From Dehalococcoidia bacterium (GTDB lineage Bacteria > Chloroflexota > Dehalococcoidia > Bin125): a stretch of DNA of 64,000 nucleotides. The position numbers were made by a program, and so were the translations under genes. Location of the stretch: assembly GCA_963663235.2 (NCBI GenBank), contig CAXXNO010000004.1, forward strand, positions 448,001 to 512,000. Reading direction: 5' to 3'. Numbering within the stretch: position 1 is the stretch's first letter; every line of letters begins with the position of its first letter. Shown piece after piece: positions 39,763-51,140 of this stretch. Below the pieces are notes generated by a model, which worked only from the letters and a program-made list of their open reading frames with translations, was not told the DNA's origin and made no database searches.

Positions 39763-41580
39763 ATGGCCCCGAGCGATGCAAGCGCCGCGAAACCCACGAT
39801 GGATCCGGTCCAGCTGCTCGTGATGGCCAACCGGGTGGACGGCGTCACCCGCGAGATGACCAACACCCTCGTCCGCACCGCCCGCTCGACCACGCAACTT
39901 GCGCGCGACTTCTCCACGTCGATCTCGACCGCGGACCACCAGTTGCTTTCGGCGCCGGAAGGGGTCCCCTGTCACGTCTACGGCTCTGGTCTTCTCTGTG
40001 AGGCCATGGCGGAGCTCCACCCCGACTTCAAGGAGGGCGACGCCTTCCTCCACAACGACCCCTACCTGGGCAACACCCACGCCGCCGATTACACCATCCT
40101 GGTGCCGGTGTTCTTCGAGGGCGAGCACATCCTCACCACCTGCATGAAGGCCCACCAAGCCGACATCGGCAACGCCCTCCCCACGACCTACATGCCGAAG
40201 GCCGTCGACGTCTACGCCGAGGGCGCGCTCATCTTCCCCTGCGTCCGCATCCAGGAGCACTACCAGGACGTGGGCGACATCATCCGCATGTGCTACAAAC
40301 GCATCCGCGCGCCCGAGATCTGGTACGGCGACTACCTCGGCATGCTCGCCGCCGCTCGCGTTGGAGAGGCTCGTCTCAAGGACTTCTGCGCCAAGTACGG
40401 TCTGGAGAGCGTGAAGGCCTTCGTCCGCGAGTGGCTCGACTACACCGAACGGCTCTGCGAGGCGGAGATCAAGAAGCTCCCCGCCGGCCGCGTCCACGCG
40501 AAGACCGCGCTGGACCCCTTCCCCAACTTGCCGAACGGCCTGCCGCTGCAAGCGGACATCAACGTGGACTCCGAGGCCGGCTATGTGACGGTCGACCTGC
40601 GTGACAACTCGGACTGCACCCCAACGGGGCTCAACCTGAGCCGGTCGACGGCGATGAATTCGGGCATCACGGCCGTCTTGACGGTGCTCAACTCCAAGCG
40701 CGACGCGAAAGCGACCCTGGTCCCCAACAACGCTGGCACCTTCCGGCGGATCAAGGTGTTGGTGCGTGAGAACTGCGTGGTGGGGATCCCGATCCATCCC
40801 GTCTCTTGCTCCATGGCGACCAACACCGTCGCCGACCGGGTCGTGGGCATGGTCGAGGCGGCGTTCGCCCAACTGGCCGACGGCGTCGGACTGGCGGAGC
40901 CGTGTTGGGGGTCGGGGCCGTTCCAGGGCGTGGTCTCCGGCTTCGACCGCCGCCGTGGCGAGCCCTACGTGCTGCAACTGTTCAGCGGCACCGCCGGCGG
41001 CCCCGCCTCCCCCGAATCCGACGGCTGGCTCACGTTCCTCCTCGCCGGCGGCAACGGCCTCACGTACGTCGACGAGACCGAGGTGGTCGAGCAGAAATAC
41101 CCCTTTGTCACCTTCGAGAAAAAGGTACGGCCGGACTCCGAGGGAGCGGGACGCCAACGCGGCGCGCCCGGGAACATCTGCAGCTATGGGCCGCTCTGGG
41201 ATCCCATGAAGGTCCACTACTCGCTCGATGGGATGATCAATGTGCCCCAAGGCGTGCGCGCCGGGGGCCCCGCCCTGGGGCCGCAGGCCCTGCTGACCGA
41301 GCGCGAGGGAACGTCCCGGGTCCTTCCCGATGTGGTCGGCGAACAGCCGGTTGAGCCCGGCGAACGGATCATCTCCCTCTCCGCCGGCGCCGGCGGCTAC
41401 GGCGATCCCCTGACTCGCGACGCGGAGGCCGTCCTCACCGATGTGGTTGAGGGCTACATCACCGTCGGCCGCGCGCGCGAAGCCTACGGCGTCGTCATCA
41501 CCGGGGACCCGGCAAAGGTCGAGAGCCTGGCCGTCGATGGTGCGGCCACGGCCGAACGGCGCGGGGTGCGACGGCGGTAA
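39763..41580 (+). CDS. Hydantoinase B/oxoprolinase family subunit (paralog 3, more divergent)
   Basis: HNDPYLGNTHAAD, KAHQADIG, GAGRQRG, GAGGYGDP. Confidence 0.9.
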   Translation: MAPSDASAAKPTMDPVQLLVMANRVDGVTREMTNTLVRTARSTTQLARDFSTSISTADHQLLSAPEGVPCHVYGSGLLCEAMAELHPDFKEGDAFLHNDPYLGNTHAADYTILVPVFFEGEHILTTCMKAHQADIGNALPTTYMPKAVDVYAEGALIFPCVRIQEHYQDVGDIIRMCYKRIRAPEIWYGDYLGMLAAARVGEARLKDFCAKYGLESVKAFVREWLDYTERLCEAEIKKLPAGRVHAKTALDPFPNLPNGLPLQADINVDSEAGYVTVDLRDNSDCTPTGLNLSRSTAMNSGITAVLTVLNSKRDAKATLVPNNAGTFRRIKVLVRENCVVGIPIHPVSCSMATNTVADRVVGMVEAAFAQLADGVGLAEPCWGSGPFQGVVSGFDRRRGEPYVLQLFSGTAGGPASPESDGWLTFLLAGGNGLTYVDETEVVEQKYPFVTFEKKVRPDSEGAGRQRGAPGNICSYGPLWDPMKVHYSLDGMINVPQGVRAGGPALGPQALLTEREGTSRVLPDVVGEQPVEPGERIISLSAGAGGYGDPLTRDAEAVLTDVVEGYITVGRAREAYGVVITGDPAKVESLAVDGAATAERRGVRRR

Positions 41581-41773
41581 GACAACTCCGCTGGGAGCAA
41601 CCGATCGTGGCGGATCCGGACCCGCTCGGACACGCTGCGTTGTCGCTGGCTGGCGATGAGGTTTTGGTGCCCGAGTCGCCGCAGCAAGGCCCTTCGGGCT
41701 TCTTGGTAGTTCCGGGTCGGGGGGTCAACTAGCCTGGCGCCGAACCCACGACACGGCGACGAGGGAGACGACC

Positions 41774-42262
41774 ATGGAGGCTCTGCAACCGATGGCGACG
41801 GCGATCGCGGACCTGCTGCGCGAGCGTGACGAGACGGTCGCTGTCGTGGAGACCACGGCGGGCGGGCTGGTCTCGGCGGCGCTGCTCGCCGTGCCCGGCG
41901 CCTCGGCCTACTACCGCGGCGGCGCGGTGACCTACACAGGCATCGCGCGCGACGTCCTGCTGGCGATCGACCTCACGGCGCATTCGGGCGTGCGATCGAG
42001 CAGCGAACCGTACGCGCGGCTGATCGCGGCGGCGATCCGCGAACGCCTCGGCGCGACGTGGGGCATCGGCGAGACCGGGGCCGCCGGCCCCACTGGAAAC
42101 TCCTACGGCGACGCAGCGGGCCACACCTGCATCGCCCTGGCGGGGCCGATCGAACACAGCGAGACCCTGGAAACCGGCCTCAGTGACCGCGAGGAGAACA
42201 TGTGGCTCTTCGCGAAGAAGACGTTGGAAGTCTTCGAGCGCAGTCTGCGCGGCGCCGGCTAG
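41774..42262 (+). CDS. CinA C-terminal/PncC-like protein
   Basis: AVVETTAGGLVS, VPGASAYY, ETGAAGPTG. Confidence 0.88.
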   Translation: MEALQPMATAIADLLRERDETVAVVETTAGGLVSAALLAVPGASAYYRGGAVTYTGIARDVLLAIDLTAHSGVRSSSEPYARLIAAAIRERLGATWGIGETGAAGPTGNSYGDAAGHTCIALAGPIEHSETLETGLSDREENMWLFAKKTLEVFERSLRGAG

Positions 42263-42644
42263 GCGAACGGGATAAGGCCGTCGCGTCGAAAGACAACGCC
42301 CAAGCCCAAGCCGATGGGCATGGCATCCGGGCGCTAGGCAGGACCGCTCGTCGTCCTCGGCGATCACGATGTGCATCTCACCACCATCAGCGGCGCGGCA
42401 GAAGCGAGATCCGTCAGAGGCACTCAGCGAATTCTCATCGTGCCATCACGAGGTTCTCATACGCCTCCGCCATCCTCATAGCAGGCCCCCCGAACCGCGG
42501 GCGCCGTAGTGAGGAGCACGAGCGGCTCCTGCGAGTGCGACGTTCATTGGCCGGATGGCACCCCCGTGCTCGGGAGGCCCCGTATCAATGACCGCGTGCA
42601 CGTTGCGGCGAATGGGCGACGCAAGCGGACGATAGGAGGATCAG

Positions 42645-42857
42645 ATGGCACGCATGAGCGGACTGGTATATCTGGCGGAAGTACCCGTACCCGAACCGGG
42701 TACGACGGTAGTCGCTCGCTTCGCGCCGCAGCCGATTCGGGCGGAACATCTGGCAGACCTTGCACCCGCGTTGCGCGAGAGCGGCGATGCGGATGGAGCG
42801 GATCAAGCGGACCGGCTCGCCGAGTGCTTGCGCTGGGCGGATCGGATCGCGAGTTAG
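42645..42857 (+). CDS. Small hypothetical protein (70 aa)
   Basis: SD AGGAGG before the ATG; plausible amino-acid composition. Confidence 0.4.
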   Translation: MARMSGLVYLAEVPVPEPGTTVVARFAPQPIRAEHLADLAPALRESGDADGADQADRLAECLRWADRIAS

Positions 42858-43052
42858 GAAGATCGAAGTGTGTAATCGACCGGTCGCGGTTGGACGGACG
42901 ACGATGTGGCAGCTCGCTACAATCCGCCGTCCAATTCGAGTCGAGGCCCGGCGGCGCTACGGCGCCGGGCCTCGAAACTAATGCGCTAGGCTAATCGGCC
43001 AGACAGCCGATTCGACGGCCGCTCGGCCGCCGCGGGGAAGGAACGCAGCGCG

Positions 43053-44141
43053 ATGGAACTCGGTTTGGCCATGAACACCCACGGCGTCGGCGGCCGCGAC
43101 GACACCGACTGGTGGCACCAGCCGATGCCGCCCGAGGAGATGCGCCCGGTTGACGCGGCTCAGCTCGCCGATCGGCTCGGCTTCCACTCCGTCTTCTTCG
43201 GCGACCACGTGGCCTTCCCGGAGACCTCGCCGGAGTCGCTGACTCCCGTCTACCGCGAGGGCCGCTCCAACCTTGAGGTGCGCCAGCGCGGTGAACTGGA
43301 GGGCGACGTCGGCAGCGCCAAGCGCCACTATCCGCCCAAGCCCAACATCCTCGACGGCATAGTGGTCATGGGCGCTATCGCCACGCAGACCAGCCGCATC
43401 AAGATGGGCTCCGGCGTCCTCATCTCCCCCTATCGCCACCCCCTCAGCGACGCCCGCCAGTTCGCCACCATCGACTACCTCTCCAACGGCCGCCTCCTCA
43501 TGGGGGTGGGCGCCGGCTGGATGAAGGAAGAGTTCGACGTGCTCGGCCTCGATCACGGCAAGCGCCTGCAGATGCTGGAGGAGTGCATCCAGGTGTATGA
43601 CTGCTGCTGGACGCAAGACTTCGCCACCTTCCACGGCCAGTTCTACGACTTCGAGAACGTCGTCATGTTCCCCAAGCCCATCCAGACGCCCCGCCCGCCC
43701 TTCATCGTCGGCGCGACCACCAAACCCGGCGCCCGTCTCACCGCGCGTTACGGCGACGCCATCTATCCCATCCTCGTCCAAGCCAACACCCGCCCCCACG
43801 AGTACGACGTCCTCCAAGACGAGATCCGCCGCGAATGCGAGAAGATCGGCCGCGACCCCTCCGAGATCGCGATGATGGGCGGCGTCTCGACCCGCATCAG
43901 CGACGCCAAGGACGAAGAGGCCACCCGCAAGCCCCGCCGCAACTTCGGCGGCACCGCCGAGCAGATCCTCTCCGACGCGGAGCGCTTCGCCGCCGCCGGC
44001 TACTCCCTTCTCATCATGGCGCCGCACGCCATCTCCGCCACCTATCAGGAGTGGGAGGAGCAAGTCCAGCGCCTCGGCGAGGAGGTCCTGCCGCAGGCCA
44101 AGAAGATCAAAGCGGCGGGCGAGTGGCGCACGGACCTCTAG
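43053..44141 (+). CDS. LLM-class (probably F420-dependent) oxidoreductase, paralog of 26096..27115
   Basis: GFHSVFFGDHV, KRHYP, DARQFATIDYLSNGRL. Confidence 0.9.
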   Translation: MELGLAMNTHGVGGRDDTDWWHQPMPPEEMRPVDAAQLADRLGFHSVFFGDHVAFPETSPESLTPVYREGRSNLEVRQRGELEGDVGSAKRHYPPKPNILDGIVVMGAIATQTSRIKMGSGVLISPYRHPLSDARQFATIDYLSNGRLLMGVGAGWMKEEFDVLGLDHGKRLQMLEECIQVYDCCWTQDFATFHGQFYDFENVVMFPKPIQTPRPPFIVGATTKPGARLTARYGDAIYPILVQANTRPHEYDVLQDEIRRECEKIGRDPSEIAMMGGVSTRISDAKDEEATRKPRRNFGGTAEQILSDAERFAAAGYSLLIMAPHAISATYQEWEEQVQRLGEEVLPQAKKIKAAGEWRTDL

Positions 44142-44307
44142 CGATCACTCCCGCTGCAGAGACATGCGCCGCAGCGCTTCGTGAACCGCTCGCCCGGCGG
44201 AGCTGCGTATCGAGAAGGCGATCTGGTAGCGGGGCAGCCTCGTTTCGTGCCCAGTCCTCGCGGTAGAAGGCCTCACCATCGCGCTCGCGGGTGGGGCCGT
44301 GCCGGCC

Positions 44308-46176
44308 TCAGCCCCCGTTCCGATTCACAGGACCGAAGATGAAGGGTTCCAACGTATCCTGCGCCGCCGTCCGGAATTTGTGCCACTGGGAACCGCCGTA
44401 ATAGGCCAGGCTGCCAGGCTTCGCCTCCCCGTGTCCGTTGTAGTACGATAGGCAGTCGCGCAGCGGCGAGGTGGCGAGATCCGCTTGGCGGCAGTGTTCG
44501 GCGTAGCCCTCTTCGGAATCCGGGGTGATATCGACGACGTCGACGCCTTTGTCCTGCATGGTCGTCAGCAACCAGGCGATGTGGTTGGCGTGCGCGTCGA
44601 TGGAGTCGGTGAAGTTGAAGCTGCCACCGCCGCCCTGGGGCCCGGTGACGATGAAGAGATTCGGAAAGCCGGCGCTGTGGATGCCGAGGAAGGTCTTGGT
44701 GCCTTCGGACTCCCACTTTTCCGACAGTGTCTGGCCGCTGCGACCGGCGATCATGTTGAAGGTCCCGGTCGCCATCCACTGGAAGCCCGTCGCATAGATC
44801 AGCACATCCAGCGGGTACTCGACGCCCTTGTGCACCACGCCCTTCGGGTTGATCTGCGTGACGCCCGTCGGTGCGGTGTCCACCAGGTGGACGTGCGGGA
44901 GGTTGAAGGTGGGTAGGTATTCGTCGTGGAAGGCCGGCCGTTTGCAGGCATAGGGGTAGTAGGGCTTCAGGGCCTCTGCGGTCTTGGGATCCTCGACGAT
45001 GGCATCCACCCGCGCCCGGATCTGTTCCATGATGCGGAAGTTCGTATTGAGTTGCTTCTTGACAAGCTCCTCGGGCGCCAAGCGCGTCTTGTGCTGCTTG
45101 CGCTCTTTAAAATCGGCGACGCGACCGGCGAGGTAGTCGTCGTTCGCCTTGATCGCCGTGCGCCCCTCGGAGATTTTGGCGAAGCGCGCGCGGCGGGCCC
45201 GCGCCCAGCCGGGTTCGTGCGACCACGCGTCGATCTCCTCTTGGGTCGTCTCGCGTTGATCGCGCACGTCGATTGTGGATGGAGTGCGCTGGAAGACGTA
45301 GAGTTCGCCGACGATCTTGGCCAGTTCCGGAATGGCTTGAACCGCGGTGGCGCCGGTCCCGATGATGCCGACCCGCTTCCCCTCCAAGGCGACGTCGTAG
45401 TGCCAGCGCGAGGTGTGGAACGCCTCCCCCTCGAACGATTCCATGTTCTCGATCCGGGCCAGCTTCGGCGTGGTGAGGATGCCGTTGGCCAGAATCACGT
45501 AGCGGGCGCGCATCGCATCCCCGCGGTCGGTGTACACGGTCCAGCGTCCGGAATCCTCGTCCCAGTCGGTCTTCTCGACGGAGGTGTGGAAGAGACAGTG
45601 GTCGTAGAAGCCAAACTTCTCGGCCATCTTCTGGCAGTACTCGAAGATCTCGAACCCGGACGCGAACTTCATCGTCGGGTAGTAGTCCATCTCCTCAAGC
45701 AGGGGGAGGTAGCTGTAGGACTCGACGTCGCACGCGATCCCGGGATAGCGGTTCCAATACCAGGTGCCTCCGACGTCGCCGCCCTTCTCGCAGAAGCGCA
45801 CGTCCGCGAAGCCCGCGCCTCGAAGCTTGTGCCACAGCAGCATCCCAGCCAAACCGGCGCCGACCACGAGGATCTCGCACTCATCCGTCAGCGCTTTACG
45901 CGGCACCGGATCGGCGGAGTACACGTCCTGGAGGTACTTGCTGAACTCGCCCTCCATCGCCATGTAATCCGCGGCGCCCTGCCGCGCCTCTTTGTGCTTC
46001 CGATACCTCGCCTGCTCCTGGGCATTGAACACGGCCCCGGGCGGCTGAGGCGGAAGCGTCGTCAGCGCTTCGCCCTCGATGACCCCGTACCCCCTCCCGA
46101 TCACGTCCCCCATGGCGCTCGCTGCGCGCGTGTTGAAGACCTTCAATCCGGTCGCCGGATCAATGCTGATCGACAT
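44308..46176 (-). CDS. Baeyer-Villiger monooxygenase
   Basis: GAGLAG, GGTWYWNRYPG, FEGEAFHTSRW (FxGxxxHxxxW), GTGATA, ATGF. Confidence 0.93.
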   Translation of the reverse strand: MSISIDPATGLKVFNTRAASAMGDVIGRGYGVIEGEALTTLPPQPPGAVFNAQEQARYRKHKEARQGAADYMAMEGEFSKYLQDVYSADPVPRKALTDECEILVVGAGLAGMLLWHKLRGAGFADVRFCEKGGDVGGTWYWNRYPGIACDVESYSYLPLLEEMDYYPTMKFASGFEIFEYCQKMAEKFGFYDHCLFHTSVEKTDWDEDSGRWTVYTDRGDAMRARYVILANGILTTPKLARIENMESFEGEAFHTSRWHYDVALEGKRVGIIGTGATAVQAIPELAKIVGELYVFQRTPSTIDVRDQRETTQEEIDAWSHEPGWARARRARFAKISEGRTAIKANDDYLAGRVADFKERKQHKTRLAPEELVKKQLNTNFRIMEQIRARVDAIVEDPKTAEALKPYYPYACKRPAFHDEYLPTFNLPHVHLVDTAPTGVTQINPKGVVHKGVEYPLDVLIYATGFQWMATGTFNMIAGRSGQTLSEKWESEGTKTFLGIHSAGFPNLFIVTGPQGGGGSFNFTDSIDAHANHIAWLLTTMQDKGVDVVDITPDSEEGYAEHCRQADLATSPLRDCLSYYNGHGEAKPGSLAYYGGSQWHKFRTAAQDTLEPFIFGPVNRNGG

Positions 46177-46227
46177 TATCTTGTTTCCTATCGTTCGGGC
46201 GTGGATCGCAACCTACCGATCATTTTA

Positions 46228-47464
<1,237 letters not shown>

Positions 47465-47473
47465 TGATCGTCC

Positions 47474-48343
47474 TCACTCTCGTCCCGCGGTCGGGACGGG
47501 CGTATCGGAGCGGACACCGGTGGCGTCGAGGTACAACGAGAGGTCGGGATAGCCGACGCCGGGGTAAGGCCACGGCAGCGGCGTGGCGACCCGGTTCATG
47601 AGCGTGACCTCGACGGCCCGAGGCGCCACCTCCGTCGCGCGGGTCGGCGGCGGCGATCCGTCGACGTAGGGGCTCAGGGCCAGGAGCACGACCAGATCCA
47701 TCTCGGCGAAGAGCGCGACGCGATCGCCCGTCAGGGCGTCCGACGGCAGCAGCTCCAGGTGCTGGCTGTACGGTTCGATGCGCATCTTTTGGAAGAAGCA
47801 GGCGTCGTCTTTATCCAGAATCAGGCGCGGATCGAGGCCGCGCGTCTCCACCAAGGCCACCATCTGCTCCCATGGGGTGAGGATGCCGGTCGGTCCACCG
47901 GCGCAGCGCCAGTGAATCGGCAGCCCCGTCCCGCTGCAGATCGGGTGGTGGCTCCCGTAGACCCAGTCGGCGCGGCGCGGCGGGGTGACGGTATCCGCCA
48001 GCATCGTCAGCATGGGCCGGTTCCGGGCCATTGTTCCCCAGAGGCGGCTGTAGCGGCTGAGGAACAGGCCCTCGGTCGCGAACGAAGTCTGCGCCCAAAA
48101 CCGCTCGTCCGGGTCCTCTGGGTTGAACATGAAGAGGTGAACGATCTGGGCGCCGTCGAGCAGCTGCAACTGCAGCACTTCACCGGACCGGACTTCACAG
48201 GCAAGGCCGCGCAGGTCGCTCAGGACCTGTGTGCTCCGCGGGATCCAGTCTGCCGCCTTGGCGATGAGGTCGGCATAGAACTGGGTATCGATGGGCTTGG
48301 GCGCGAGACGCGTGGTGTGAGACCACAGATCAGTTTGCGTCAC
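47474..48343 (-). CDS. DUF1989 family protein (degenerate partner type, copy 2)
   Basis: GAQIVH, ERFWAQT, RLWG...RPMLT..ADTV, FAEMDL..ALSP. Confidence 0.75.
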   Translation of the reverse strand: MTQTDLWSHTTRLAPKPIDTQFYADLIAKAADWIPRSTQVLSDLRGLACEVRSGEVLQLQLLDGAQIVHLFMFNPEDPDERFWAQTSFATEGLFLSRYSRLWGTMARNRPMLTMLADTVTPPRRADWVYGSHHPICSGTGLPIHWRCAGGPTGILTPWEQMVALVETRGLDPRLILDKDDACFFQKMRIEPYSQHLELLPSDALTGDRVALFAEMDLVVLLALSPYVDGSPPPTRATEVAPRAVEVTLMNRVATPLPWPYPGVGYPDLSLYLDATGVRSDTPVPTAGRE

Positions 48344-48823
48344 TAGCCTCTCCGTTCGTGCGGCCAGCCTCGTGGCGCGACGCCGGTCGTGAGGATCTGC
48401 GCCTCCAGAGGATAGACGGTGGGGTGGCTCAATATTCCATCCTTCCGATGTCGGCTCGCGAATCGCTGTCTGATCGGATCCGATCTGCGAGGTCTAGGTA
48501 CGGATAGGGTTTGGGCCGGTACAGCGCCCTCACGCCTGCGCATGGGCGGCGTGAGGGCGGGATGGGCCCAGGCGCGACGGTTGAAACTCTGGTAGCCCAG
48601 CGTCGTGGCCTGCCGGCGCCTGGTCGTGGCGGCTGCTCTACCGTGCGGGCAGTCCACGGGCGTCTCCTCCATCCACCGGCAAAGAGGCCTCGCTACGCCG
48701 ACGAGCCCTGAGATCTGACAGAACCGATTGCGGTTGCGTGTGTCCCTGGAACCCACAATCTGCGAGCCAGGCTCAGGCGGATGGAACGTCGACGCCCCGC
48801 ACCCCAGGCGGAGAGCAAGGCCG

Positions 48824-50032
48824 TTAGATCACCGCCTCGCACTTGATCTCGAGCATGGTCTGCGGCATGTCTACAGTACCCAGAGCCGTCGTGCCGACGG
48901 GCGTGAAGGTCGGCCGATGGTCGCCCAGGTAACGGTCGCGCACCTCAAGGAACAAGTCGAGATCCCGCAGATCGGTGTGGTACGACACGACCTCCACTAC
49001 GTGGCCCCAGTCCGCGCCGGCTGCCTCGAGCAGGCGTTGCTGGTTCTCGAACGCTTGCACGATGTGCGCCTCGCGACCCTCCACCGATCGCAGGTCCGCA
49101 TCGATCCCAACCTGGCCCGTCATGTGGAGCGTCTCGCCCACGCGCACGACGGGCGTGTAGTGGAAATTCTCCACATGATTCTCCATGCCCGGTGGCGTGA
49201 TGTACTCGCGCGCGCGGCGCAGCACAGCCGTGCACTGCATCTCTTCGTTCATGTGCGGCATGTCTGGCGGGCCGAGGGCGCGCACACCGACACCTGTCCA
49301 TGCGGGATAGCTTGGATTGGTGAAGTAGCGGTCGTTCACTGAGAGAAAATCGACCGGGACATTATCGCCGAAACGTGTTGGGAACCAGCCCTCGCGCGTG
49401 TCAAGGTGGAAGCTCTCCCGTTGCACGACATCGTCGAAGGTCGCGCCGGCGGTCTCGAGCAGGCGCTTGATGTTCTCGTACATTTGGATGTCCTGCGGGA
49501 TCCGACCTTCGAGCAGCTGCAGTTCATCAGTGATGCCGACCTGGCCGGTCATGTAGACCATATCTCCGACGCGAATCACCGGCGTGTAGTGGAAGCTCTC
49601 AACCTGCTGCTCCATCCCCGGCGGGACGAGATATTCCTTCGGTTCGTTCAACACAACGTGACAGCGGACCTCGATGATTTGGCCGGGGAGACGCAGAAAC
49701 GGCACCGCTACCGCCGTCCATGTGGGGTAATTCTCCACGATGAAGCGATCTTTGACCTGGAACACGAGTGGGATGTCCCGCATGTCCGTGTGGTAGGTAT
49801 TGAGCTGCACCACGTCGTCCCAGGTCGCACCGACCGCCGCCAGCATCCGCTCCTGGTTCTCAAAGGCGCGCGTGAGCTGCGCCTCTCGCCCTTCGACGAT
49901 GCGCATGTCGTCGTTCACCCCCAGCGCCCCCGACATGTAGACGACGTTCCCTGCGCGGACGATCGCGGCGGAATGGAAGCGTTCGTACAGCGCCTCCATC
50001 CCTCCCGGCGTCACGACTTGTACATCAGCCAT
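48824..50032 (-). CDS. Protein with three tandem Rid (YjgF/YER057c/UK114) domains
   Basis: Three repeats of PPGME...FH...R.G...M.G..G...ENxxRLL..AGA..DVV....H.D...P.W/FT.V....E..C. Confidence 0.88.
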   Translation of the reverse strand: MADVQVVTPGGMEALYERFHSAAIVRAGNVVYMSGALGVNDDMRIVEGREAQLTRAFENQERMLAAVGATWDDVVQLNTYHTDMRDIPLVFQVKDRFIVENYPTWTAVAVPFLRLPGQIIEVRCHVVLNEPKEYLVPPGMEQQVESFHYTPVIRVGDMVYMTGQVGITDELQLLEGRIPQDIQMYENIKRLLETAGATFDDVVQRESFHLDTREGWFPTRFGDNVPVDFLSVNDRYFTNPSYPAWTGVGVRALGPPDMPHMNEEMQCTAVLRRAREYITPPGMENHVENFHYTPVVRVGETLHMTGQVGIDADLRSVEGREAHIVQAFENQQRLLEAAGADWGHVVEVVSYHTDLRDLDLFLEVRDRYLGDHRPTFTPVGTTALGTVDMPQTMLEIKCEAVI

Positions 50033-51140
50033 CGTGTTCTCCCTCTTCGTGGTGCGCGGTGCTGCCGACGAGCCGTTCAAAGTGTGCGAGGCCCATGGAT
50101 TCGCGGTCGCGGCGGCGCACCTCTCGATGGGTCTCTGCCTCCTCCAACCGCGCCCGCCAAGCGGCTCCCGGCGTCGCGGCCATCGGATGGCAAGCCGCCC
50201 ACCAGTCACTCTCGGCGCCGCCGACCTTCACCTGCGGCGGCCGTTCCTCTCTGCACACGCTCTCCACCAAGGGACAGCGCGACGCCAGAGGGCAGCCGGG
50301 CGGCAGGTCAATGGGGCTCGGGATCTCTCCCGGCAGCGGCAGCCGGCGCGCCTCGCTCGTTGGGTCTGGTCGCGAGACGGACAACAGCAGCGCCCGGCTG
50401 TAGGGATGCTGCGGCGATTCGTAGAGCTCCTGCGTTGGGCCAAGCTCCAAGATCTCACCGAGGTACATGATCGCGACGCGATGGCTAATCTTCCGCACCG
50501 TACTGAGGTCGTGTGAAATGAACATGTAGGAAATGGCGAGGTCGCGCTGCAGCTCGATAAGGAGATCGAGGATCCGGCGCCTCACTGAGAGGTCCAGCGC
50601 CGAGGTCGGCTCGTCCAGCACGATCAGTTTCGGCCGCGTCGCGATCGCTCGCGCGATTGCGGCCCGCTGCCGTGCGCCGGCCGGCAAATCGCGTGGACGG
50701 GTCCCCAGCAGCGCCACGTCGAGGCCGACGCGCTCCGCGAGCTGCTGTACCTCCGCGTGCCGCTCCTTCCGCGAGAGCGATGTATGGAACTTCAGGGGAT
50801 CTTCGATGATCCCGCGGATCGTCATCGTCGGATCGAACGCTTCGCCTGGGTTCTGATAGACAATCTGCATCTTCGCGCGTTGCTGCCGCATCTCCGAGTG
50901 CGACAGGGCGGCCAAGTCTTTTCCAAGAAAATGAACGGCGCCCGCGGTTGGCTCAAGCAGTCGGAGGGCGCAACGTCCCAGTGTCGTCTTTCCCGAGCCG
51001 CTCTCGCCCACGATGCCCAGCGTCTCGCCCTCGCCGAGCTCGAACGAGACGCCGTTCACCGCCGTCAGCACTTTGCTCGTTCTGGGCAGATCGAACTGCT
51101 TCACGAGGTCGACGACGCGCAGCAGGTCAAGCATCGTCAA
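50025..51140 (-). CDS. Peptide/nickel ABC transporter ATPase (OppF-like)
   Basis: GESGSGKT, LDEPT, ISHDL, HPYS, GCPLASRCP. Confidence 0.9.
   Translation of the reverse strand: MTMLDLLRVVDLVKQFDLPRTSKVLTAVNGVSFELGEGETLGIVGESGSGKTTLGRCALRLLEPTAGAVHFLGKDLAALSHSEMRQQRAKMQIVYQNPGEAFDPTMTIRGIIEDPLKFHTSLSRKERHAEVQQLAERVGLDVALLGTRPRDLPAGARQRAAIARAIATRPKLIVLDEPTSALDLSVRRRILDLLIELQRDLAISYMFISHDLSTVRKISHRVAIMYLGEILELGPTQELYESPQHPYSRALLLSVSRPDPTSEARRLPLPGEIPSPIDLPPGCPLASRCPLVESVCREERPPQVKVGGAESDWWAACHPMAATPGAAWRARLEEAETHREVRRRDRESMGLAHFERLVGSTAHHEEGEHDG

Noticed and set aside
42270-42380. MHIVIAEDDE, similar to a receiver-domain start
   Set aside because: The similarity ends after about 10 residues; too short to support a call.
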